Shown: positions 19,431 to 32,138 of the stretch, one piece after another
Position numbering within the stretch: the first letter of the stretch is position 1
Layout: every line of letters begins with the position of its first letter
Origin: Sedimentisphaerales bacterium
Lineage (GTDB): Bacteria; Planctomycetota; Phycisphaerae; Sedimentisphaerales; Anaerobacaceae
DNA: 64,000 nt
NCBI GenBank assembly: GCA_963708075.1
Contig: OY970194.1
Location: 6,912,001 to 6,976,000, forward strand
Reading direction: 5' to 3'
The notes under the pieces: model-generated
Told to the model about the DNA's origin: nothing
Seen by the model: the letters and a program-made list of their open reading frames with translations, nothing else
Databases searched by the model: none
Translations under genes and position numbers: made by a program

Positions 19431-20795
19431 TCAGAGTTTCATCGGCTCGAGGCGCGGGTTCAGCAGGTGAATGATCAGCAAGTTCACCAGGTACGCACAG
19501 GCCGCAATGATAAACAACACGCGGTACTGCCCTGTCCACTGGAGCACGCGCCCAATGAGCATGGCGCTGAACATGCCGGCGATGGCTCCCGCCATGCCGC
19601 CGATGCCTACGATGGAGCTGACGACCTTGCGGGGCGCGGTATCGGAGACGAGCGTGTAAAGATTGGCGGCGAATCCCTGATGAGCCGAGGCAGCTAACCC
19701 TACCAGAAATGTGGCCACCCAAAGATTGGAGACACTCGAAGCAGTAAACACCGGCACGACACACAACGCGCACACCAGCATGGCCGTCTTGCGGGCGGCA
19801 TTCACGCTCCAGCCTCGCTTGAGCAGCCATGACGACAGCCACCCGCCGCCGATGCTGCCCACGTCCGCCATCAGGTAGATCACGACCAGCGGCGGGCCCA
19901 ACTGCAACAGGTTCAGGCCGTGCTTCTTGTTGAGGAAGTCCGGTATCCAGTACAGGTAGAACCACCAGATCGGCGCACAGAGGAACATCCCTGCGATAAA
20001 CGCCCACGTCTGGCGGTAGCGCAGCAACGACAACCAGGGAATCCTGGCGACAGGATCAGGCGGGTCGCTGCGGATGTAGGCGAGTTCCGCCGGCGAAATG
20101 CGAGGGTGTCTTTCCGGGTTGTGGTATAGCCTCCACCAGCCCGCCACCCAAACGAACCCCATGGCACCGGTAACCAGGAACGCCGTCGGCCACCCGTACT
20201 TTACTGCCAGCCATGGCACCAGCAGGGGGGCCACCAGGGCCCCGACGTTGCTGCCCGCGTTGAAAATGCCTGTGGCCAGGGCTCGTTCCTTTTTTGGGAA
20301 CCATTCGGTGACGGTCTTGACCGCCGCCGGGAAGTTGCCTCCCTCCGCCAGTCCGAGAGCAAAACGGGCGGCGCTGAAGCCGATCACCGTCGCCGGGGCG
20401 GCCAATAACCAGAATCGTGAGGTCTGCAGGGCCGGGGACATCCAGTCGGCCAGCTTCGATTCGGGCGGGATGAACCAGGTCAGGGCGTGGGCCATGGCGG
20501 CCAGGCTCCAGAACAGGACGGCCAGCGCGTAGCCGAGTCGGACGCCCAGGCGGTCGATGAGCCTGCCGGCGCCCGCATAGCCGATGGCATAGGCGACCTG
20601 GAAGGCGAAGACGATGTTGCTGTAATCGATCTCGTTCCAGCCGAGTTGTTTGGCAAGATCGGGCTTGAGGAGGCCGATCACCTGGCGGTCGATGTAGTTG
20701 AGGGTCGTGGCGAAGAACAGCAGGGCACAGACGCCCCAGCGGGACCAGCCCACTGACGCCACGGCCGGTACACTCAACGCTCGATCATTCGACAC
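19431..20795 (-). CDS. exuT: MFS hexuronate transporter (ExuT-like)
   Basis: LLFFATTLNYIDRQ, EGGNFPAAVK.V.EWFPKKERALATGIFNAG.N.GA, PIWWFYLYW.PD. Confidence 0.85.
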   Translation of the reverse strand: MSNDRALSVPAVASVGWSRWGVCALLFFATTLNYIDRQVIGLLKPDLAKQLGWNEIDYSNIVFAFQVAYAIGYAGAGRLIDRLGVRLGYALAVLFWSLAAMAHALTWFIPPESKLADWMSPALQTSRFWLLAAPATVIGFSAARFALGLAEGGNFPAAVKTVTEWFPKKERALATGIFNAGSNVGALVAPLLVPWLAVKYGWPTAFLVTGAMGFVWVAGWWRLYHNPERHPRISPAELAYIRSDPPDPVARIPWLSLLRYRQTWAFIAGMFLCAPIWWFYLYWIPDFLNKKHGLNLLQLGPPLVVIYLMADVGSIGGGWLSSWLLKRGWSVNAARKTAMLVCALCVVPVFTASSVSNLWVATFLVGLAASAHQGFAANLYTLVSDTAPRKVVSSIVGIGGMAGAIAGMFSAMLIGRVLQWTGQYRVLFIIAACAYLVNLLIIHLLNPRLEPMKL

Positions 20796-20886
20796 CGGAA
20801 GATCTCCAATAACGCCTCAACGAGAGCCTTGGGCACGACTTGCGATCTGCAAATCATGGCCCACAGCAGACCATAGACTCCATCCC

Positions 20887-20932
20887 CCAGTCAAGGGATT
20901 CCCTTGACTGGCGGCACGCTCTCGGCTAAAAA
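20887..20932. promoter_or_regulatory. Perfect 25-bp palindrome overlapping a sigma70-like promoter in the divergent exuT/DUF4870 spacer
   Basis: CCAGTCAAGGGA-T-TCCCTTGACTGG (20887-20911); TTGACT(20904)-N17-TAAAAA(20927). Confidence 0.5.
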
Positions 20933-21029
20933 GAAAGACAGGCTGGCAGGATGCGTAAGAACGAGAGTCCGCCCAGAGCAGGCGGAGTATGGCAAGAGAG
21001 TCCATCGCTTTTGTGAACGGAGTCGGAAC

Positions 21030-21470
21030 ATGACAAACATGAACGATGTCCCCGGGGCGGGCGAGCCGCAAGGGCCGCCCAGTGTGCCGCCTGTGATCGA
21101 GCCGGGCCAGATGGATCGAGAGATGAACCGCGACGCACGCATGTGGGCAATGCTTTGCCACCTGGCAGGCCTTGCTTTCCTGGTAGTGCCCGCCATTGGC
21201 AGCGTGATTGGGCCGCTCATCATCTGGCTGATCAAGAAGGATCAGCATCCATTCGTTGATGAGCAGGGCAAGGAGGCTCTCAATTTTCAGATCACGATGC
21301 TCATCTACGGCGTCGTGGCGGGGTTGCTGATATTTGCCTGCGTTGGTGTCGTGCTGCTGCCGGCGGTCGCAATCGTGGACATCGTGTTGCTCATTATCGC
21401 CGCGATCAAGGCCAATGACGGCTATCACTATCGCTACCCGTATCCCTTGATCATACGTTTCATCAAGTAA
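21030..21470 (+). CDS. DUF4870 (Tic20-like) membrane protein
   Basis: WAMLCHL..GPLIIWL.KKD..FVD.QGKEALNFQIT..KANDG..YRYP. Confidence 0.9.
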   Translation: MTNMNDVPGAGEPQGPPSVPPVIEPGQMDREMNRDARMWAMLCHLAGLAFLVVPAIGSVIGPLIIWLIKKDQHPFVDEQGKEALNFQITMLIYGVVAGLLIFACVGVVLLPAVAIVDIVLLIIAAIKANDGYHYRYPYPLIIRFIK

Positions 21471-21612
21471 TGCTGCGATTCGCCGTCAAACTCTCGATCA
21501 GCGTGGCGGTCTGGCTGCTTGGGGCCTTCGTGTGCTAATGGCTCCTGCTTCGGCCATGAGCTTTCACTCGTTCGTCTTGACGCGACGCGACGGGGCGGTT
21601 ATAAGTGGGCCC

Positions 21613-23034
21613 ATGCAGAACGTGCGTGTCGCGAAATCCATCGCTATCCATGCAGTTGTTCTTTCCTCGCTGGCCGGCTGTGCTCGGTTTGAGGCCAAGC
21701 CGCTGTCGCCCCAGCAAACGGCGGAGCGGTTCGAAGCTCGCACGTTGGATGCCCCGCAGTTGAGGGAGTTTTTGCAGGCCAATCTGAAGGGGGAAATCGC
21801 CGATTGGCCGTTGCGGGAGTGGGATTTCGATACGCTCACGCTGGCGGCCCTTTTCTACCATCCCGGCCTCGACGTGGCGCGGGCCCAGTGGGCGGTTGCA
21901 CAGGCGGGCATCACCACTGCCGGCGGGCGTCCCAACCCTGCCGCCGCGGTATCGCCGCAATACACGACCAATGCTGAGAGCGGGGTTTCGCCCTGGGTGG
22001 CAGCGTTGACTTTGGACGCCACGATTGAGACGGCCGGCAAGCGCGGCTACCGCATCGAGCGGGCGAAGCAGGAATCCGAGTCCGCTCGTCTTAACCTTAT
22101 CACGCAGGCCTGGGAGATTCGCAGTCGGCTGCGGAGCCGTTTGCTGGACTATGCCGGCGCCAATCGCCGTGTCGCACTGTTACGGGATGTGCAGGATGTG
22201 CAGCAGCAAATCCTGAAGCTGCTGGAGGGCCGTCTGGCTGCCGGCGAGATCGCAACGACGGAGTTGACAATCGCGCGTGTAGCCCAGATCAAGACACAGA
22301 CTGATCTTGGAGACGCCCGGCGTCAGGCAGTGGAGAATCGCGCCAGCGTGGCCGAAGCCCTCGGCGTGCCGCTACGAGCCATCGAGGGACATGATCTGAG
22401 GTTCGATCTGTCGCTACCGGCCGACGCCAGGCGTGACTTGGAATCCATGGAGGTCCGGCGTCAGGCATTGCACAGCCGGGCCGACATCGTAGCGGCGCTG
22501 GCCGGCTATGCCGCCAGCCAATCGGCGCTCCAGCTCGAAATCGCCAAGCAGTACCCTGACATCCGCCTGAGCCCCGGCTACGAGTACGATCAGGGCGAGC
22601 ACAAGTGGGGGCTTGGCGTGGGGGTCGAGTTGCTCGTGCTCAACCGCAACGAAGGCCCAATCGCCGAAGCAGAAGCGAAACGCGATGAAAGCGCAGTCCG
22701 GTTCCTTGCGCTGCAAGCTCAGGTAATCGCCGAGATCGACCGCGCACTTGCGGCCCGCGCGGCCTCGCAGGAGCAGTTGCGGTGGATGGACGGCCTCCTC
22801 GATACGCAGCGCCGGCACGTTCGGTCCGTAGAGGCCATGGTGAAGGCCGGCGCCGCAGACCAGTTCGAGCTCACTTCGGCCCGGCTCGAAGTGTCCCTCA
22901 CCGAAGTGGCCCGGCTCGATGCGATAGTCAAGGCTCGGCAGGCGCTCGGTCAGCTTGAGGACGCCGTTCGGGTCCCCGTTGACGCTCTGAAATCTGTCGA
23001 GCAGGACCCGCGTGCCCGAGTCGGGAAGGAGTAG
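21613..23034 (+). CDS. TolC/CzcC-family outer membrane efflux lipoprotein
   Basis: LAGC lipobox, PNP, ETAGKR..R, QYPD and NRNEGPIA motifs. First gene of an RND triad. Confidence 0.88.
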   Translation: MQNVRVAKSIAIHAVVLSSLAGCARFEAKPLSPQQTAERFEARTLDAPQLREFLQANLKGEIADWPLREWDFDTLTLAALFYHPGLDVARAQWAVAQAGITTAGGRPNPAAAVSPQYTTNAESGVSPWVAALTLDATIETAGKRGYRIERAKQESESARLNLITQAWEIRSRLRSRLLDYAGANRRVALLRDVQDVQQQILKLLEGRLAAGEIATTELTIARVAQIKTQTDLGDARRQAVENRASVAEALGVPLRAIEGHDLRFDLSLPADARRDLESMEVRRQALHSRADIVAALAGYAASQSALQLEIAKQYPDIRLSPGYEYDQGEHKWGLGVGVELLVLNRNEGPIAEAEAKRDESAVRFLALQAQVIAEIDRALAARAASQEQLRWMDGLLDTQRRHVRSVEAMVKAGAADQFELTSARLEVSLTEVARLDAIVKARQALGQLEDAVRVPVDALKSVEQDPRARVGKE

Positions 23035-23039
23035 AAATC

Positions 23040-24047
23040 GTGAGCAAAGTCATTTTGGGCATCCTGGCTGGCTTGGCCCTCGGTGCGGCCGGCACAGCCC
23101 TCTATTTCAAGTATCCGCAAGCCTGGAAAGGACAGGAATCCGAAGACCCGGCATCCGAGGAGCAAGTCGCGGAATCATTCATTCAACACGACGTCGATGG
23201 CCGGACGCTTGTCAAGCTCGATCAGGAGACACAGACCCGCACGGGGCTGAAGGTGGAGTCCCTGCCCGCAGCCCAGGTAGCGCCGGAGGTGAGGGGCTTC
23301 GGCCGTGTCCTGGACCCGTCGCCGTTGGCAGCGTTGGCTGTGGAAGCCGCAACGGCTCAAGCGTCACTGGAAGGCTCCACCAAAGAATACGAGAGGCTCA
23401 GGACCCTGTATTCGCAGAACCAGAATGCTTCCGCCCGCGCCCTGGAGACCGCTGAGGTGGCCATGAAGCGAGACCAGATTTCACTTGAGTCCGTGCGGTC
23501 TCGCCTGCTGCTGGGCTGGGGTCAGGCGGTTATGGCACAGCCGGACGTGCCTGCGTTTGTCCAGTCTCTGGTCTCGCAGCAAGCTGCATTGGTCCGCGTG
23601 GATGTCCCGCTCGGCGAGCGCTTGGCGGCTCCGCCTACCGGCGGGCGCATCGCCCCGCTGGCGGCGCCGGAGAATCTGGTGGAAGCCCAGTATCTTGGGC
23701 CCGCCCCGAATGCCGACCCGCAGACGCAAAGCCTGGGCTTTCTCTTTCTCGTGAAGGTCAGTCCGCCGCCCCCGGGCATGGCGGTGCTTGCGTGGCTGAC
23801 CATCCCCGGCCCAGCGCAATCCGGTGTGATCGTGCCTCACGAGGCGCTGCTGCGTCACGAAAGCCGGACCTTTGTCTATCTTCAGGCCGCCAAGGATATC
23901 TTCCAGCGAAAGGCTGTAGTTATCGGGCGTCCGGCCGGCAACGGATGGTTTGTCGGCGAGGGGTTCAAGCCGGGGGACAAGGTCGTCGTCGTTGGGGCGC
24001 AGGAACTGCTCTCCGAGGAGCTCAAAGGACAGGGGGGAGGCGAGTAG
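23040..24047 (+). CDS. RND periplasmic adaptor (membrane fusion protein)
   Basis: N-terminal TM, helical hairpin, GVIVP..A..G..PGDKVVV.GAQ.LLSEE. Lies between the OMF and RND genes. Confidence 0.85.
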   Translation: MSKVILGILAGLALGAAGTALYFKYPQAWKGQESEDPASEEQVAESFIQHDVDGRTLVKLDQETQTRTGLKVESLPAAQVAPEVRGFGRVLDPSPLAALAVEAATAQASLEGSTKEYERLRTLYSQNQNASARALETAEVAMKRDQISLESVRSRLLLGWGQAVMAQPDVPAFVQSLVSQQAALVRVDVPLGERLAAPPTGGRIAPLAAPENLVEAQYLGPAPNADPQTQSLGFLFLVKVSPPPPGMAVLAWLTIPGPAQSGVIVPHEALLRHESRTFVYLQAAKDIFQRKAVVIGRPAGNGWFVGEGFKPGDKVVVVGAQELLSEELKGQGGGE

Positions 24048-24053
24048 AGTTCC

Positions 24054-27000
24054 ATGCTGCAAGCGCTGGTCCGGTTTTGCCTGAAGTACCGTGGGGTGGT
24101 CGTGGTGCTGGCCTGCATCCTTCTTGCCTATGGACTCTATGTCGCCAAGAATGCCAAGCTCGACGTGTTTCCGAATTTTGTCCAGCCGCAGGTGGTGATT
24201 CAGACCGAGGCGCCCGGGTTGTCGCCGGAACAGGTCGAGCTGCTGATCACGCAGCCGGTCGAAACGATGGTCAATGGCCTCGGTGACATGGAGTCGCTGC
24301 GCTCGGAGTCGATCCAGGGGCTGTCGATCATCACTGCCGTGTTCAAGGAAGGGACGGACGTATTCCTTGCCCGCCAGATGCTGGCGGAGAAACTGGCGGA
24401 GACGGCGGGGGAGTTGCCTGCCAGTGCCAGGACGCCGCGCATGACGCCCCTGACGTCGTCCACGATGGACTTGCTGAAGATCGGCTTGGTTTCGGACAAC
24501 ATGACGGCGATGCAACTGCGGACATTCGCGGACTGGACGCTCAAGCCGCGGCTGCTTTCCGTGCCCGGCGTCGCCAAGTGCAGCACCTTCGGTGGTGAGG
24601 TCCGCCAGCTTCAGATTCAGGTCCTGCCGGACCGCCTGCTCGCCTATGACTTGACGCTGTCCGACGTACTGACAGCCTCGCGGGCCTCGACCGCCGTGAT
24701 GGGCGCCGGCTTCGTCGAGACCAGCAACCAGCGCATCACGATTCAGACGGAAGGCCAGGCGCTGACGCCCGACGCCCTTGGCGGGGTCGTCGTGGCGTAC
24801 AAGGACGGCATCAGTGTGCGGCTCAAGGATGTGGCTCGCGTGGTGGAAGGCGCCGAGCCGAAATTCGGCGACACGGTCATCATGGGCCGGCCCGGCGTCC
24901 TGATGACGATGTCCAGCCAGTTCGGCGCCAACACGATGGAGGTGACGAGGGCGCTGGAGACGGCGCTGGCGGAGATGAAGCCGGTATTCGAGAAGGAAGG
25001 AATCACGCTGTACCCGCGTCTGCACCGGCCGGCAACATTCATCGAGAATGCGCTGCGGAACATGAAGCACTCGCTTGCGCTCGGTGCGATCCTTGTGGCG
25101 GCCGTGCTGTTTCTGCTGCTGGGCAGCGTGCGCACGGCGTTCATCTCACTGACGGCCATTCCCCTGTCGCTGCTGACGGCCGTCGTTGTGCTTGAGAAAC
25201 TCGGCGTCACGATCAACACGATCACACTCGGCGGCCTGGCCATCGCGCTGGGCGAAGTCGTGGACGACTCCATCATCGATGTGGAGAACATCTTCCGGCG
25301 GCTCCGCGAGAATAAGACGCTGCCGCAACCGCGACCTGTGTTCCGGGTCGTGCTGGACGCTTCACTGGAGGTGCGGCGGGCCGTCGTGTACGCCACGTTC
25401 ATTGTGGCGCTTGTATTCCTGCCGGTGCTCACACTGACGGGTCTGCATGGCAGTTTCTTTTCTCCGCTGGCGTTAAGCTACATCCTGGCGATTCTGGCAT
25501 CCCTGCTGATGGCGCTGACACTGACGCCGGCGCTGGCCTATCTGGTATTCGACAAGGGCGCACGCAGGGCCGAGGAGCCTCGCATCCAGCACGTGTTGAA
25601 AGTCATCTATCGCGGAATCCTGAGATTCACCACCCGCCGGCCGCGAGCGATCATGGTGGTCGTGGCCGTCATCTGCATCGCCGCCCTGACGCGGGTGCCG
25701 TTCTTCGGAGGCGAATTTCTGCCGGAGTTCCGCGAGGGCCATTTCGTCCTCCAGGTGTTTGCCGCCCCGGGCACCTCGTTGCCGGAGATGCTCCGAATCG
25801 GCAAACAGATTTCGCAGGAGATGCTGAAACATCCGAGGATCGACACCATCGAGCAGCAGGTCGGCCGCGCCGAGCTTGGCGAGGACCCATGGGGCCCGAA
25901 CCGCAGCGAATTTCACATGGATCTCAAACCCATGCCGGGCCGCGAAGAGGCGAAGATGGCCGACGAAGTGCGTGACGTCCTCAAGAAGTTTCCCGGTATT
26001 CAGTTTGAGGTGCTGACCTTCCTCGGAGATCGCATCGGCGAGACGCTCACCGGCGAGACGGCACCCGTGGTTGTCAACATTTTCGGCGACGACCTCGACC
26101 TGCTGGACGCCAAGGCGGCCGAGGTGGCGAAGATCCTGGCCGCCGTACCGGGTGCGGCGGACGTGCAGGTGAAGGCCCCGCCGGGCCAGCCTCGCTTCGC
26201 CGTGAGCCTGCGGCCGGAGCGATTGACACAGTTGGGTTTTCGGCCGGTGGAGGTGCTCGAAGCCGTGCAGACTGCCTACCAGGGAACGGTTGTGGCCGAA
26301 ACGCATCGCGCCAACGTGGTCGCCGACGTGGCGGTGATCCTGGATGAGTCCGCCCGCCGGGACCCGGAGACTATCGGCGAGCTGATGCTGTCCGGCACGC
26401 AGGGGACACGCGTGCCGCTGCGGGAGTTGGCGGATATCTATCCGACGAGCGGGCGACAATCCATCATGCACGAGGGGGCCCGCCGCCGCCAGACGGTGAC
26501 TTGCGCCACGAGCGGGCGGGACGTGACGTCGTTCGTGGCGGAGGCGAAGAAGCAGGTGGCTGCGAAGGCCAGCTTTCCCGGAGGCACCTACGCCGTCTTC
26601 AGCGGCGCCGCCCAGGCCAAGGCGGCAGCACAACAACAACTGCTGCTTCATTCGGCCATTGCCGGCGTGGGGATTCTGTTGCTGCTGGCCATCGCTTTCG
26701 GCAACGGAAGCAACCTCCTCCTGGTGCTGGCCAATGTCCCCTTTGCACTGGTCGGCGGCGTGCTGGCGATCTGGCTGGTCGGCGTGCTCGCCGGCTCGGA
26801 CGACAATGCGCTGACCATCGGCTCGCTCGTCGGCTTCGTCACCCTCTTCGGCATCACGACGCGCAACTCCATCATGATGATCTCTCATTTCGAGCACCTG
26901 GTGAACGAGGAAGGCATGACCTGGGGCCCGGAGGCCGCCATTCGCGGGGCCTCCGAACGGCTGATCCCGATTCTGATGACGGCAACCGTCACGGCGCTGG

Positions 27001-27179
27001 GCCTGCTGCCGCTGGCGCTCGGCACGGGCGAAGCGGGTCGCGAGATTGAAGGCCCGATGGCAATCGTCATTGTCGGCGGCCTGGTGACCTCGACCGTGCT
27101 CAACCTGTTTGTACTGCCACCCCTGGCGCTGCGGTACGGGAAGTTCGTGGTGGAAAAACGCGAGGAGATGGTGCTATGA
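24054..27179 (+). CDS. czcA: CusA/CzcA-family heavy-metal RND permease
   Basis: 1041 aa; LDVFP, QTEAPG.SPE.VE, GEVVDD.IIDVENI, EFLPEF.EG, ERL.PILMTA. Confidence 0.85.
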   Translation: MLQALVRFCLKYRGVVVVLACILLAYGLYVAKNAKLDVFPNFVQPQVVIQTEAPGLSPEQVELLITQPVETMVNGLGDMESLRSESIQGLSIITAVFKEGTDVFLARQMLAEKLAETAGELPASARTPRMTPLTSSTMDLLKIGLVSDNMTAMQLRTFADWTLKPRLLSVPGVAKCSTFGGEVRQLQIQVLPDRLLAYDLTLSDVLTASRASTAVMGAGFVETSNQRITIQTEGQALTPDALGGVVVAYKDGISVRLKDVARVVEGAEPKFGDTVIMGRPGVLMTMSSQFGANTMEVTRALETALAEMKPVFEKEGITLYPRLHRPATFIENALRNMKHSLALGAILVAAVLFLLLGSVRTAFISLTAIPLSLLTAVVVLEKLGVTINTITLGGLAIALGEVVDDSIIDVENIFRRLRENKTLPQPRPVFRVVLDASLEVRRAVVYATFIVALVFLPVLTLTGLHGSFFSPLALSYILAILASLLMALTLTPALAYLVFDKGARRAEEPRIQHVLKVIYRGILRFTTRRPRAIMVVVAVICIAALTRVPFFGGEFLPEFREGHFVLQVFAAPGTSLPEMLRIGKQISQEMLKHPRIDTIEQQVGRAELGEDPWGPNRSEFHMDLKPMPGREEAKMADEVRDVLKKFPGIQFEVLTFLGDRIGETLTGETAPVVVNIFGDDLDLLDAKAAEVAKILAAVPGAADVQVKAPPGQPRFAVSLRPERLTQLGFRPVEVLEAVQTAYQGTVVAETHRANVVADVAVILDESARRDPETIGELMLSGTQGTRVPLRELADIYPTSGRQSIMHEGARRRQTVTCATSGRDVTSFVAEAKKQVAAKASFPGGTYAVFSGAAQAKAAAQQQLLLHSAIAGVGILLLLAIAFGNGSNLLLVLANVPFALVGGVLAIWLVGVLAGSDDNALTIGSLVGFVTLFGITTRNSIMMISHFEHLVNEEGMTWGPEAAIRGASERLIPILMTATVTALGLLPLALGTGEAGREIEGPMAIVIVGGLVTSTVLNLFVLPPLALRYGKFVVEKREEMVL

Positions 27180-28694
27180 AAGCTGGGATGACTCGACGGG
27201 ATGTTCTTAGACTCATGGGGGGCTGTGGTGCGTCGCTCGCTTTGGGCGCGGCCTCCGGTCTCGCTCAATCAACCGAGCTTGTCGGCAAGAGAACCCAACA
27301 TCATTTTCATTCTCGCGGATGATCTCGGGTACGGTGATCCGACTTGCTACAGCCGTGAATCGAAGATTCCGACGCCACAGATAGATCGATTGGCGGGGCA
27401 GGGGATTCGGTTCACGGACGCGCACTCGCCCTCGGCGGTTTGCACACCCACGCGGTACGGCCTGTTGACGGGCCGGTACTGCTGGCGGTCGCGCCTCAAG
27501 CAGGGGGTGCTGAATGGCTACAGCGAGCCGCTGATCGAGGCCGACCGGCTGACGCTCGCGTCACTGCTGAAGAGGCACGGCTACAACACCGGATGCGTCG
27601 GCAAATGGCATCTTGGCTTGGGCTGGGCGGCAAAGGACGCGGGCAAAAAGCCCGGGGGTGACAACGTCGATTGGGTTGGGCCTGTGACGCACGGGCCGCA
27701 GTCGGTCGGGTTCGATTACAGCTACGTCATCCCGGCCTCGCTGGACATGGATCCATACTGCTGGCTGGAGAACGGCCGGCTCGTGGAGGCCCCGACCGGG
27801 CACACGCCCGGAAGCAAGCGACAATGGGAGGGCGGCGACGGCTTCTGGCGAGCCGGGCCCATCGCCCCGTCGTTCGATTTCTACGCTGTTCTGCCCACCA
27901 TCACGACCAAGTCGGTCGAATTCCTCAAACGCCAGGCCACCGAAAAGCCCTTCTTCCTCTATGTCCCTCTCACCGCCCCGCATACCCCGTGGATGCCGAC
28001 GGCAGAGTTTCGGGGAAAGACCAAGGTGGACTGGTACGGGGACTTCGTCACGCAGGTCGACTCGACCGTGGGACAGATCGTCAAGACGCTGGATGACGCC
28101 GGGCTCAAGGACAACACGCTGGTGGTTTTCACCTCAGACAACGGCTCACCCTGCATGGCCGAGCAGATCGATAAGTCTGGTCACCGTGCCAATGGCGCCT
28201 GGCGCGGGCAGAAATCCGATATCCACGAGGCCGGTCATCGAGTCCCGTTCATCTGCCGCTGGCCCGGCCACATCCAGCCCGGTACACAGAGCGACCAGAC
28301 CATCTGCCTGACGGACATGCTGCGCACCTTCGCGGCCGTTGTCGGCGACCCGCTGCCTGCAGAGGCCGGTCCGGACAGCTACAATTTCCTGCCGGCGATT
28401 CTGAATCCCGGTTTGGAGACGCCGATCCGCGAGGCCACGATCCATCACTCGGGCAACGGCATGTTTGCCATCCGGCAGGGGCCGTGGAAACTGGTTCAAG
28501 GCCTTGGCTCGGGCGGCTTCACGCCTCCCCGGCAGATCAAGCCGAAGCCCGGCGAACCCGAAGGCCAGCTCTACAACCTTGATGACGACCCGGGCGAGCA
28601 GAAGAACCTTTGGGCCGCGCGGCCGGAGATCGTCAAACGTCTTGCCGACCTGCTCGAACGCTACAAGCAGCAGGGTTACAGCCGACCTGTGTGA
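27176..28694 (+). CDS. Tat-exported arylsulfatase 1; frameshift at ~27291
   Basis: Leader MKAGMTRRDVL.. from ATG 27176 is in a different frame from PNIIFILADDLG. Motifs CTPTR..LLTGR, GKWHLG and SDNG. Confidence 0.9.
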
Positions 28695-28717
28695 CGAATG
28701 TGTTTACTTGTGGCCCC

Positions 28718-28836
28718 GCTATTCTAATCTGGTGGATACCGGGTGGCAGCGGCAAGCGGAGTCTTCGGAGCTTGCCGATGGTGTCCAGACGCAGACACGA
28801 GCCATCGGCAAGCGGGCGCTTGCCGATGCCACCCAT
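28718..28836 (-). repeat. REPIN family B, copy 2
   Basis: Reverse complement of 19295-19413 with few mismatches. Confidence 0.88.
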
Positions 28837-28856
28837 AGTGAAGGAGATGAGTCAAA

Positions 28857-30593
<1,737 letters not shown>

Positions 30594-30609
30594 GTGGAGT
30601 CAACGCAAG

Positions 30610-32061
30610 ATGAGATTTGAAATGAACCGACGGGAATTCCTGAAAGGAATCGGCTTGACGGTCGCCGCGGTGGTCATGCCGGGATGCAGCCGTTCTTTGC
30701 GAGAGGTATCGGCGAGCGACAAGGATCGGCCCCCGAACTTTGTGATCGTCTTCATTGACGATATGGGCTATGCCGATGTCGGGTGCTTCGGCGCTCAGGG
30801 GTACGAGACGCCGAACATCGACCGGTTGGCGGCCGAGGGTACGCGATTCACCGACTTCTATGCGGCCTCCTCTGTGTGCACGCCGTCCCGGGCGGCGCTG
30901 CTGACCGGCTGCTATCCCCAGCGGGTGGGTCTGCCCAACGTCTTGGGCCCGCGAGCGAAAATCGGCATCAGCGATCAGGAAGTGACAATAGCCCAGATGC
31001 TCAAGCCGCTCGAGTACGCCACGGCATGCTTTGGCAAATGGCACTTGGGCGATGAGCCGCAATTTCTGCCCACCCGCCACGGCTTCGACGAGTATTTCGG
31101 CCTGCCCTATTCCAACGATATGCGGCCGCGTCATCCGGAGAATCCGAAGGCCTATCCGGAGTTGCCGCTCATCGAGGGCGACAAGGTTATCCAACTCGAT
31201 CCCGACCAGACGCAACTGACGACATGGTACACGGAACACGCCGTGCAATTCATCGAGAAGAACAAGGACCGCCCGTTCTTTCTGTACCTGCCGCACTCGA
31301 TGGTCCACGTTCCGCTGCACGTCTCGGACAAATTCAAAGGCAAGTCAAAACGCGGTCTCTTCGGCGATGTCGTCATGGAGATCGACTGGTCGGTCGGCCA
31401 GATCATGTCCACGCTGAAGCGCCTGGGTCTCGACAGGAACACGATGGTCGTATTCTGCTCGGACAACGGTCCCTGGCTCAGTTACGGCGATCATGCGGGC
31501 TCGGCCAAGCCGCTGCGCGAGGGCAAGGGTACAACCTTCGACGGTGGCCAGCGCGAGCCGACGATCATGCGATGGCCGGGCAGGATTCCCGGCGGCAAAG
31601 TCTGCCGCGAGCCGGTCTCCACGATGGATATCCTGCCGACGATTGCCCGCCTGACCGGCGCCAAGCTGCCCGACCACACCATCGACGGCAAAGACATCTG
31701 GCCGCTGATCGCCGGCGAGCGCGGGGCCAAGAGCCCGCACGAGGCGTTCTTCTACTATCAGGCTTGGGCTCTGGAGGCGGTCCGTAGCGGCAAGTGGAAG
31801 CTGCACCTGCCGCACAATTACCGCACGCTGAACGGCCGGCCGGGTGGCACCGGAGGCATACCCGCCAAGTACGAGCAGGCTGAGATCGATGTGGCCCTGT
31901 TCGACCTCGAAAACGATATCGGCGAGCAGCATAACGTGGCGGTAGAACACTCGGACGTCGTGGAACGCCTCACGCAGATGGCCGACCGTATGCGACAGGA
32001 CCTGGGCGACTCACTGCAGAAAACGACCGGCACCGGCCGGCGCCCGCCGGGGAGAGTGTGA
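30610..32061 (+). CDS. Tat-exported sulfatase 3 (ARSA/GALNS-like)
   Basis: NRREFLK, CTPSRAALLTG, GKWHLG, PYSNDM, SDNGPW. Confidence 0.93.
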   Translation: MRFEMNRREFLKGIGLTVAAVVMPGCSRSLREVSASDKDRPPNFVIVFIDDMGYADVGCFGAQGYETPNIDRLAAEGTRFTDFYAASSVCTPSRAALLTGCYPQRVGLPNVLGPRAKIGISDQEVTIAQMLKPLEYATACFGKWHLGDEPQFLPTRHGFDEYFGLPYSNDMRPRHPENPKAYPELPLIEGDKVIQLDPDQTQLTTWYTEHAVQFIEKNKDRPFFLYLPHSMVHVPLHVSDKFKGKSKRGLFGDVVMEIDWSVGQIMSTLKRLGLDRNTMVVFCSDNGPWLSYGDHAGSAKPLREGKGTTFDGGQREPTIMRWPGRIPGGKVCREPVSTMDILPTIARLTGAKLPDHTIDGKDIWPLIAGERGAKSPHEAFFYYQAWALEAVRSGKWKLHLPHNYRTLNGRPGGTGGIPAKYEQAEIDVALFDLENDIGEQHNVAVEHSDVVERLTQMADRMRQDLGDSLQKTTGTGRRPPGRV

Positions 32062-32079
32062 GCGGACGCGCTCGCCTCT

Positions 32080-32117
32080 TGGGTGGCAGCGGCAAGCGCC
32101 AGCTTGCCGATGGCTCG
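32080..32117 (+). repeat. Single REP half-unit of family B
   Basis: TGGGTGGCAGCGGCAAGCGCCAGCTTGCCGATGGCTCG matches the left half of 19295-19413. Confidence 0.8.
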
Positions 32118-32138
32118 ACCGTAGCAAAGGGGACAGAC

